In this document: positions 25,500-32,000 of the stretch, piece by piece
How positions within the stretch are numbered: the first letter of the stretch is position 1
How the letters are laid out: every line of letters starts with the position of its first letter
NCBI RefSeq assembly: GCF_000018105.1
Contig: NC_009932.1
Location: 60,001 to 92,000, forward strand
DNA from: Acaryochloris marina MBIC11017
GTDB lineage: Bacteria > Cyanobacteriota > Cyanobacteriia > Thermosynechococcales > Thermosynechococcaceae
DNA: 32,000 bases
Direction of reading: 5' to 3'
Notes under the pieces: generated by a model
Database searches by the model: none
The model's input: the letters and a program-made list of their open reading frames with translations, nothing else
Told to the model about the DNA's origin: nothing
Made by a program: the position numbers and the translations under genes

Positions 25500-26318
25500 T
25501 TAGCCAAATGCTCGGTTAATTATGAACTCGAAGGTTCCGTCACCTAACCATTTTCTGATAAACATCAGTGGCTTGGCCATGGAGCCTTTGACATATCTGC
25601 GCTTGGGGTTCTTGGAATTAACAGCTTCGACAAAAACCCTAGCTAAAACAATCGGTTCTGTGGCATTATCCATAGCCTTAGGATCTGCCATCATCCTGAG
25701 GTAAGGATCCATCTGTTTTTGATATGCACTGCTGTCGTAATACTTTTGCAATTGCTTACCTACGACATCGCCAAATTCAGTTTTGATACCACCAGGCTCC
25801 ACTAAGACAACCTGAATATTAAATGGCTTTGTCTCAATCCTTAGACAATCGGACCAGCCTTCCAAGGCATGTTTCGTAGCGTGGTACCAGGCTCCTAGCG
25901 GTGTATAAATTTTCCCACCCATAGAAGAGGTGTTGATAATCCTGCCTGACTTCTGTTGGCGCATATAGGGCAGCACGATTTGAGTCAAATGAGCCAATCC
26001 AAACAGGTTTACGTCAAATTGGTATTGTGCATCGTCTAAGGGTACATCTTCTACTGGTCCGTATAAGCCAAATCCAGCATTATTGATCAAGACATCAATT
26101 CGTCCTGCATCGGCAATAATTTGGTCAACAATCTTCTGATTATTTTCGCGATTGGTAACATCCATCTGTACCGGGATAATCCCTAGAGATCTAAGCGATT
26201 CCATGCGCTCAATCCTTCTTGCCCCGGCATATACTTTGTGGCCCTCTTGGGCAAGTAACTTAGCGGTCTCCAGCCCCATACCTGAAGATGCACCAGTGAT
26301 CAAGATGACTTTGCTCAT
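25500..26318 (-). CDS. short-chain dehydrogenase/reductase (272 aa from ATG 26318)
   Basis: AGGAGG (26324-26329 on the coding strand) lies 5 nt upstream of ATG 26318. TGASSGMG, NNAG, YHATKHA. Confidence 0.9.
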   Translation of the reverse strand: MSKVILITGASSGMGLETAKLLAQEGHKVYAGARRIERMESLRSLGIIPVQMDVTNRENNQKIVDQIIADAGRIDVLINNAGFGLYGPVEDVPLDDAQYQFDVNLFGLAHLTQIVLPYMRQQKSGRIINTSSMGGKIYTPLGAWYHATKHALEGWSDCLRIETKPFNIQVVLVEPGGIKTEFGDVVGKQLQKYYDSSAYQKQMDPYLRMMADPKAMDNATEPIVLARVFVEAVNSKNPKRRYVKGSMAKPLMFIRKWLGDGTFEFIINRAFG

Positions 26319-26341
26319 TATTATCCTCCTCAATGATTAGA

Positions 26342-27181
26342 CTAAAATTCACGTAGGGATTGACCCACTTGTTGTTGCAGAACAGGACTGAGATTCGTTC
26401 TGACGTCGTATCGAACATCCCCTTCGTAACGGGGAGCATATGTTGCATAAGCAGCGGCCAAAGCTTTTTGTTTTTGATGTAACATCACCACGTTGTAAGC
26501 ATGGCTGACAACATAGAATTCATTGGCTTTTAACTGAGGTATTGTTATACTCACAAACTGATCAGTCGGCATACCATACTGCATGTTCTCGGGTGGCCCC
26601 AATTCAGATACAACAAAGCCTGGACAAATTAAACTAACGTCAATAAAGTCTGGTAGCTCTTCTCTCAGTGAATGAGTAAAGGCCAGCACTCCATGCTTAG
26701 TAGCAACATAGGCACCATTAAAAGGCGTCCCATGGAAAAGAGAGTTTTCCGAGCCAATGTTATAGATAGCTGCTGGAGTGCCTTGATCAACAAAGCGCTT
26801 ACCAAATACTTTGGAACCAATGACGACACCAAACAGATTGACGTTGAAGATGGCATGAATATCTTCTAGGGGCATGTCTAGAACTGGCGCGTGATGCACC
26901 ATCATGCCAGCGTTATTGATGAGTACATCCACTTTGCCAAAACTATCCCAAGCAAAGTCGGCCAGTTTTTCAGTGTCTTCCAAGCTACTGGCATCTGCGA
27001 GGATAGCTTTGGCTTCAATGCCATTATTATTGAGCGCTGTTATCGCTTCTTGTAGTCGATTTTCTCGCCGACCACTAATCACAACCTTTGCGCCTTCTTT
27101 GCCAAATGCCTTGGCATAACCAAAGCCGATTCCGGTTGTTCCACCAGTAATGACGATGACTTTATTACTAAAGTTATCCAT
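26342..27181 (-). CDS. short-chain dehydrogenase/reductase (279 aa)
   Basis: TGGTTGIGFG, NNAG, YVATKHG. First gene of the minus-strand string. Confidence 0.9.
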   Translation of the reverse strand: MDNFSNKVIVITGGTTGIGFGYAKAFGKEGAKVVISGRRENRLQEAITALNNNGIEAKAILADASSLEDTEKLADFAWDSFGKVDVLINNAGMMVHHAPVLDMPLEDIHAIFNVNLFGVVIGSKVFGKRFVDQGTPAAIYNIGSENSLFHGTPFNGAYVATKHGVLAFTHSLREELPDFIDVSLICPGFVVSELGPPENMQYGMPTDQFVSITIPQLKANEFYVVSHAYNVVMLHQKQKALAAAYATYAPRYEGDVRYDVRTNLSPVLQQQVGQSLREF

Positions 27182-27454
27182 GTACTTTTACCTTACGGTT
27201 GAGATTATTGTTGTGAGATGGAAAGCTGCAAGTGCTTTCGTTTAGTGATGTTGCTCCCAGTCACTTTTGGATTGAGAGCTAATTCTGATTTCTTGAGAAC
27301 AGCATACGGGCTGAAAGTTTTTTGGGGAGTGACATAATGCGTCAATTTTGTAGCATTACACGCCAACTTTTTATACTCTCTAACCAACAGAGGAAAGCAA
27401 CAAGGAATATCGTTCTGTTCAATACTTTTGAGCAATCCTTGCTACTTGGCTTAG

Positions 27455-27648
27455 AACATCAATGACATCACGGGCATTGAGCAGAGTGGTTTCAAGTTGA
27501 AAGTGATTCCTTGGTTTCACAACTCTTTGCCACACCCCTATCTCACAGAGCAGTTGAAGCGATTTGGAGATTTTGTCTTGGACTTAGAGACTGTACCTGT
27601 ACCTTTTGAACAAGCCATTCAACTACCGATTAAGTTTGACGAAATCTA
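27455..27648 (+). pseudogene. Tn3-family transposase C-terminal remnant (right arm)
   Basis: The frame is open from the TAG at 27452. It ends ...YLTEQLKRFGDFVLDLETVPVPFEQAIQLPIKFDEI*, identical over the last 35 residues to the left-arm remnant but on the opposite strand. There is no start codon. Confidence 0.55.
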
Positions 27649-27850
27649 GTCTAGGCAAAGCTTTTCGGAGCTGTTTGACATCCTATAAGGTGATCAAGAA
27701 GTGAAAAAACTAGATCTCTAAAAGTCTTTCTATATATAGTTTCTGGGACCATCTTGAATGTTTTTACACGTATCTCGGCCAGACCTCAGAAATATTCAAA
27801 ATCGGGGAAGTAACTAAGAAAAAATGTAGGTATCGAGTTAAAAAGATTGT

Positions 27851-27866
27851 TGTTGACTAGTCAACA
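27851..27866. promoter_or_regulatory. perfect 16-bp palindrome TGTTGACTAGTCAACA upstream of the coupling-protein promoter box
   Basis: Self-complementary over all 16 nt and located 17 nt upstream of box copy 5. It is a candidate operator or oriT-type inverted repeat. Function not established. Confidence 0.4.
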
Positions 27867-27883
27867 GCCTGCAATCAATAAAT

Positions 27884-27913
27884 TTGCACCCCACCATACA
27901 ATCTGCCTATGTT
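27884..27913 (+). promoter_or_regulatory. conserved promoter-like box, copy 5
   Basis: TTGCAC at 27884-27889 and TATGTT at 27908-27913, with an 18-nt spacer CCCACCATACAATCTGCC (the most divergent spacer). An AGGA RBS and ATG 27945 follow. Confidence 0.5.
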
Positions 27914-27944
27914 CCCGTTAGCCCTACCTAGCAGGAATTTTCAT

Positions 27945-29747
27945 ATGCCCCAACAAACCACCCAACCCTCACCAGAATACAGAGGGTTCCACAACATTCC
28001 CATCAACTATGGCTGGCTCACTGTGGGCTTTCTCAGCATCGTCTTTATCATCTGGCTCAGTACCCTCAATCGATGCAGAACTCAAATTCCAGAGGGAATG
28101 CCAAATGCCAGAGAAGCCACCCCCAAAGAAATCAAAGAAGGGTCCAACAAAGCCAAACTGATCCGAGCTGAAGGCGACATCGAAAAGTCCGCGATCCAGC
28201 TCAACCCAGAAACAGGTATCACCCTTGGTCCCATTAATCCCGGTGGAATTGTCTCAGGTAAAAGCGGTGGCGGAAAAACTGAAAGCTTTGCCCTTCGCCT
28301 CATCGAATCCCTCGCGGAAGATGGAGCCTCCCTGATGATCAGTGACATCAAAGGCGAACTCATGGAGAAAACCGCTGCCTATCTTCATGACTTGGGTTAT
28401 GACCTTCACTTTCTTGCCCCTGGCATCAAAGAAACCTCAAAGTACTCCGCAGATAAACTCCCCTTCTCCGGTGGCCTCAACCTCCTCGACCTGATTGCCA
28501 ATGATGAAGACCTCGCAGGCACCCTTGAACTAACCCGAGGCATCAACATCAATGCTGCCGAGAACTATGAACGCAGACATCAATACTTCGGTCCCCAGTC
28601 TGACCTCCTACAACAGTCCATGATGCTCGGAGCCAAAAGCAGTGAATATGCTGACATGCTGATGGTCTGGGAACTGATGGGCCTCAACAACATCGCCGAA
28701 CGCTTAGCCGCAGCCAAAGACAACGACAAGATGGGGAAAGGACTCCCCTACTTTATGACTCACCTAAGCCGAGGACTGAGGACCGTCGCCAACAGCTCCA
28801 GCAGTGCAAACCCTGGCCCCACCATTCAATCCACCGCCAGCCAGAACTGGGTACAATTTCTCGACCCCGAGATTGCCAAATGCATGACCAAGACCACCAT
28901 CCCCTTGGACCTCACAGGCAAACAAGCCATCTTCTTCCGCATCAATGAAGACCAGCTAGAAGCCACCAAGACCTACCTCGCCGCCGCCCAACATATGCTG
29001 ATCAAGCGCAACATCAGCTATACCCGCAGACGCCAGAACAACCTAGGCGTGATCATCGAAGAAGCCAGTTTCACCCTCTATCCCAACGCCAAGAAATGGT
29101 CAGCCCTCGGACGGCAGAATGGTCTATTGATGTGGATGGTTTATCAACAAGAAGAACAGATGCAGGAACTTTATGGCGAGAAGCGCTGGGAAAGCATCGC
29201 CGCCAACCTGCCGACCCGGATCTATATGAACCAAGGATCTTATAAGAGTAATCAAGTCATCGCCAACCGCTTAGGCAAGAAAACCATCATCAGCACCACG
29301 GAAAACGAGTCCTTTGGTTCCAACCATTCACGGAGTCGCAACGACAGCTTTCAGCAAGTGGATTTGATGACGGCAGACCGTTTAGATGCCATGAAGAAAC
29401 CGGGGCAATGCATCATCGTCGATGCCTCCACCAACGGTCACCCGATCATCTATGAGAAGAAACAGCTTCCCTATAACGAGAACAGCCGTCAAGCCAGGAT
29501 AAGGAAGCAGTGTAAAGTCGCATGGCGAGAGGACATCCTACCCAGCCTCCAAGAAGAACATCAGAAGCACTTTGGAGAGATCAATATCCAAGTAGCAATG
29601 GAGAACAGAGCCGCAGCCGCAGAGGATCTACTCCCACCCCCAGAGTATTACGCCATTGAAGAAGAAGCCGCAGAAATTGATGCAGAAGAAGGCACTGAAG
29701 ACGCAACTGATGTAAACGAAATGGAGGAGATGGACGATGCAGCCTAG
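27945..29747 (+). CDS. virD4: VirD4/TraG-family type IV coupling protein (600 aa from ATG 27945)
   Basis: N-terminal TM helix (WLTVGFLSIVFIIWLS). Walker A GKSGGGKT at nt 28257-28280, Walker B-like GVIIEEASF, and an acidic C-terminal tail (EEEAAEIDAEEGTEDATDVNEMEEMDDAA). The upstream ATG 27909 overlaps the -10 hexamer and is disfavoured. Confidence 0.8.
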   Translation: MPQQTTQPSPEYRGFHNIPINYGWLTVGFLSIVFIIWLSTLNRCRTQIPEGMPNAREATPKEIKEGSNKAKLIRAEGDIEKSAIQLNPETGITLGPINPGGIVSGKSGGGKTESFALRLIESLAEDGASLMISDIKGELMEKTAAYLHDLGYDLHFLAPGIKETSKYSADKLPFSGGLNLLDLIANDEDLAGTLELTRGININAAENYERRHQYFGPQSDLLQQSMMLGAKSSEYADMLMVWELMGLNNIAERLAAAKDNDKMGKGLPYFMTHLSRGLRTVANSSSSANPGPTIQSTASQNWVQFLDPEIAKCMTKTTIPLDLTGKQAIFFRINEDQLEATKTYLAAAQHMLIKRNISYTRRRQNNLGVIIEEASFTLYPNAKKWSALGRQNGLLMWMVYQQEEQMQELYGEKRWESIAANLPTRIYMNQGSYKSNQVIANRLGKKTIISTTENESFGSNHSRSRNDSFQQVDLMTADRLDAMKKPGQCIIVDASTNGHPIIYEKKQLPYNENSRQARIRKQCKVAWREDILPSLQEEHQKHFGEINIQVAMENRAAAAEDLLPPPEYYAIEEEAAEIDAEEGTEDATDVNEMEEMDDAA

Positions 29748-30174
29748 TCAAGACCAGACCTTAGAACGGGATGCTGAGAAAGGAATGCACCTGGCCGAAG
29801 AAGGCGTAGAGAAAGCCGCCAGATTGACGGCTGAGACTCTACGAATACTCAAGGCACAACTCGCTAAATACAACAATCGCGTGTCCATCAAATTTGAGTC
29901 ACGAGCCGACGATATCGCCAACGTCAAAGCTGGGATGCAGGGAGGACTCAAGGGAGTACAGCTCAGGCAGATTGTCAGGGCGGGTGACTCGATCAAGGAA
30001 GTAGCTCAGCGAACCCAGTCAGCGGAGAAAGTGAAGCTGTATGAGGACCGGGTATTGTCCAGGGCACAACATGAACTGAATCGAGAGAAGGTAGAACATC
30101 GTCGATCTCAGCAAACGGATCAGTCCCAGAAGCAGAGTCAAAGGCAGTCTCAGTCACAGGATTTGGGGTTGTAA
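29737..30174 (+). CDS. small charged helical protein with SQ-rich tail, function unknown (145 aa)
   Basis: GGAGGAGA RBS. The ATG overlaps the end of the coupling-protein gene by 11 nt, consistent with translational coupling. The protein is highly charged with a C-terminal QSQKQSQRQSQSQ stretch. Confidence 0.6.
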   Translation: MQPSQDQTLERDAEKGMHLAEEGVEKAARLTAETLRILKAQLAKYNNRVSIKFESRADDIANVKAGMQGGLKGVQLRQIVRAGDSIKEVAQRTQSAEKVKLYEDRVLSRAQHELNREKVEHRRSQQTDQSQKQSQRQSQSQDLGL

Positions 30175-30182
30175 AATACCTC

Positions 30183-30377
30183 TTAATTTCCAAATTTACA
30201 TGCTTGTGGATTATAAATAGGATGGCATCCGATGGCATGTAATTCGGCATTATGACTTTGCTCAATATTGAGCTTGTCACCGAAAGACTTTTCTGTGATG
30301 TTTATTGAATTATTTATAGACATGAAGCCCATAGATAGACTCAACGCACTGGCAAGCCCAACTAAGCAGTATTTCAT
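30183..30377 (-). CDS. small secreted Cys-containing peptide (64 aa), paralogue A
   Basis: Signal-like N-terminus MKYCLVGLASALSLSMGFMS shared with ORF 30446-30628. AGGA lies 12 nt upstream. The region is AT-rich and the ORF is convergent with the upstream operon. Confidence 0.4.
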   Translation of the reverse strand: MKYCLVGLASALSLSMGFMSINNSINITEKSFGDKLNIEQSHNAELHAIGCHPIYNPQACKFGN

Positions 30378-30445
30378 GAGGTGTTAATCCTTTGTTATTT
30401 AAGTAACGGCAAATTCAAAGAAGGAAATATCTTGATTCACAGCAA

Positions 30446-30628
30446 TTATGGGTAAGGATCACAAGGGAAAAAAGTACAGATAAATGCAACCTGATTAATG
30501 TCTTGCGGATAATCAAATTTAAATGTTCTTTCGTCAGATTCTCTAGCTATTTCACTGGTGAAATTTATTGCTGTTAAACCTAGAGAAAGTCCAATAGTGC
30601 TTGCAAGGCCAATTAAGCAATATTTCAT
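30446..30628 (-). CDS. small secreted Cys-containing peptide (60 aa), paralogue B
   Basis: N-terminus MKYCLIGLASTIGLSLGLTA. The first ~20 codons are similar to paralogue A at nucleotide level, while the mature parts differ. Confidence 0.4.
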   Translation of the reverse strand: MKYCLIGLASTIGLSLGLTAINFTSEIARESDERTFKFDYPQDINQVAFICTFFPCDPYP

Positions 30629-30838
30629 GAGATTAAAACTCTAAAACGATTTAGAAAAACGGTATCACTGCATCTAGAAAAATCATCAATATTTTACGTT
30701 TATTGATACTAGCAACTTATATGAATTTCGATTGCCTATTTTTCTCTCTGCCCCAGAAAATTCTTTGATTTAGGTCTACGATCTCTCACCATCAGCACGA
30801 TAGATAACAGTCTTCAAACCCAATCCTCACATAACGAT

Positions 30839-30868
30839 TTGTCCCTCACAGGTCATCTTGCCTATGTT
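30839..30868 (+). promoter_or_regulatory. conserved promoter-like box, copy 6
   Basis: TTGTCC at 30839-30844 and TATGTT at 30863-30868, with an 18-nt spacer CTCACAGGTCATCTTGCC. A GAGGG RBS and ATG 30897 follow. Confidence 0.5.
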
Positions 30869-30896
30869 TCATAGGTAAACCTCGCGAGGGTTTGAA

Positions 30897-32000
30897 ATGT
30901 CTACCTTCAAAGACCTATACAACACAGCGAAGGAGGCCGAGGATGTCGCCTTTGCCGTGTCCCCGATCCCCCTTGGATTCATCAAGAGTGGGATTCAAAA
31001 TGTGGGGGTGCCATTAGTCGTAGCGGCTGCGGCCACCCATACCCCCTTTGTTGCTCCCCTAGCAGGCACAGCAATCAAGTGGGGGAGTGATGCCTTCCAG
31101 TCTGGCACCCATTCTCTGGCCCAACAAGCCATGAGCAACTTTGGGGAATCCGTGATGTCTGGCCTGCCAGCCTTTGGCGGGATTCAAACCAGCTTTAATT
31201 GGATTTCATCAGAATCTTCTCAGGTGATATTGGCAGGCCAGGATATGGTCACCCATGCCGTGGGATCTGTGGGTACTTCTCTGATGTTGGGCCGCACAGT
31301 GGCGAATTCTGCCGTCGTTGCCTTTCAGAAGATTCGACCCATGACCATCAATGAAATACTCGCCAATGGTCAACAGGCATTAGAGCGCTCTCAAGAATTT
31401 CTCACCAGTGTCGCCAGTCATATCCGTCAAATCGGCATCCATGCTGAATTATTTGTAGAACAGGAGTTTGCAAAATTGTCTAACAGCGAAGAACAGACTA
31501 CCCAGGTTCAGCCCACTGAATCTCCAGAGCAAGCAACCGTCTTGGCTATGGATAAAACTCAAGTCGAAGCAGAACCCCAACTCAAAGCTGCGGCTCAAGT
31601 CGAGTCAAACGGCACCCAGCCTGAGATCAACGTTCAGCCCTCAGAGAATGGCAATGGTCAATCAGAGCGAGGGACACAGGCCAATATCTTTGAGGCGGCA
31701 GTGGAGACGGCTGCTAATATGGTCAATCCGATTCGTTCTGAATCTTCTCAAGAAGCAGAAGATTATGTATTGGGTTTAGTGGACAAGTTAGCCGCTGGCA
31801 ATATGAACGTGGATCGGCTGTATATCAAGATGGATGGCATTGATATCTTCAAAATGAAGAACGGTGCCCCAGATCCATCCACCTCGATCACGGACTCTCA
31901 ACGAGATGCCTTGCAGCAAGCCTTGGAAGACCCCGCAGCCTTTGGGGGGAATCTGGTGATTAAGCAGGGGAATAAAGTCTTACTGAATATCAAAAAGGGT
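30897..32000 (+). CDS. large protein of unknown function, 5' partial (open to the window end, at least 368 codons)
   Basis: This ORF is absent from the ORF track because it has no stop in the window. My hand translation from ATG 30897 (MSTFKDLYNTAKEAEDVAFAVSPIPLGF...NKVLLNIKKG) found no stop through 32000. The promoter box and RBS lie at the same spacing as for the other operon starts. Confidence 0.6.
   Translation, partial: MSTFKDLYNTAKEAEDVAFAVSPIPLGFIKSGIQNVGVPLVVAAAATHTPFVAPLAGTAIKWGSDAFQSGTHSLAQQAMSNFGESVMSGLPAFGGIQTSFNWISSESSQVILAGQDMVTHAVGSVGTSLMLGRTVANSAVVAFQKIRPMTINEILANGQQALERSQEFLTSVASHIRQIGIHAELFVEQEFAKLSNSEEQTTQVQPTESPEQATVLAMDKTQVEAEPQLKAAAQVESNGTQPEINVQPSENGNGQSERGTQANIFEAAVETAANMVNPIRSESSQEAEDYVLGLVDKLAAGNMNVDRLYIKMDGIDIFKMKNGAPDPSTSITDSQRDALQQALEDPAAFGGNLVIKQGNKVLLNIKKG

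Larger units (their letters stand above)
20952..27779. mobile_element. Tn3-family-derived composite segment bounded by inverted transposon ends, carrying 6 cargo genes
   Basis: 20952-21194 is the reverse complement of 27536-27779. The similarity is high but imperfect, with a divergent internal patch. The outermost ~38 nt (GCCGAGATACGTGTAAAAACATGCAAGATGGTGCC...) are nearly identical at both ends. Each arm contains the last ~35 codons of a Tn3-type tnpA reading outwards. Confidence 0.55.

Noticed and set aside
27205-27435. 76-aa minus-strand ORF upstream of the SDR string
   Set aside because: It occupies what should be the promoter and leader region of the minus-strand SDR operon. It has no RBS or motif and an odd composition.
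27909-27944. Upstream ATG 27909 as the start of the coupling-protein gene
   Set aside because: This ATG lies inside the TATGTT -10 hexamer of box copy 5. ATG 27945 has an AGGA RBS and the same box-to-start spacing as the other five units.
31468-31779. 103-aa + strand ORF
   Set aside because: It is out of frame within the long open frame that starts at 30897 and runs off the window.
1-32000. Search by eye for tRNA, rRNA or CRISPR repeat-spacer arrays
   Set aside because: I saw no regularly spaced short direct repeats, cloverleaf-like segments or rRNA-like conserved blocks. This cannot be fully excluded without tRNAscan, Infernal or a CRISPR finder.

Overview
This 32-kb window reads as a plasmid- or ICE-borne, highly divergent type IV secretion / conjugation gene cluster. 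The cluster lies entirely on the + strand and is broken up by three blocks of accessory DNA.

Backbone genes, in order:
- XRE-type HTH gene (430-705)
- secreted Pro-rich protein (766-1629)
- pilin-like membrane protein (1714-2370)
- VirB3/VirB4-like ATPase (2382-5507)
- secreted protein (5511-6656)
- VirB6-like polytopic membrane protein (to 7959)
- 4-TM protein (8026-8505)
- VirB8-like bitopic gene split by an IS (8498-8907 plus 10300-10571)
- VirB10-like TM/Pro-rich protein (10605-11981)
- 1066-aa three-domain cell-wall hydrolase (17211-20411)
- VirD4/TraG-like coupling protein (27945-29747)
- further unknown ORFs running to the window end

Only the two ATPases, the hydrolase domains and the mobile-element and cargo genes are recognisable from motifs. 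The other backbone genes are assigned from topology and virB-like gene order.

Accessory blocks:
1. An intact IS701-family IS (8908-10299) with 23-bp perfect IRs and an ATAC target duplication sits inside the VirB8-like gene.
2. A mosaic region spans 11.98-17.14 kb. In it, the last ~80 nt of the VirB10-like gene plus its downstream spacer occur three times, and the promoter/5' end of the hydrolase gene occurs twice. It encloses two paralogous 164-aa genes, a frameshifted zinc-ribbon ORF, a DUF29 gene, a SAM methyltransferase and a SUKH/SMI1-like gene.
3. A 6.8-kb segment (20952-27779) is bounded by inverted Tn3-family transposon ends, with tnpA 3' remnants facing outwards. It carries TetR-SDR-hydrolase and SDR-SDR-AraC modules.

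The most striking non-coding signal is a ~36-nt promoter-like box (TTGCAC-N18-TATGTT with a conserved spacer). It occurs six times, each 28-34 nt upstream of a + strand start codon of the secretion-system genes.

No rRNA, tRNA or CRISPR array was seen. Gene content (DUF29, two HIP1 GCGATCGC sites, IS701-type IS) hints at a cyanobacterial host, but that is inference only.
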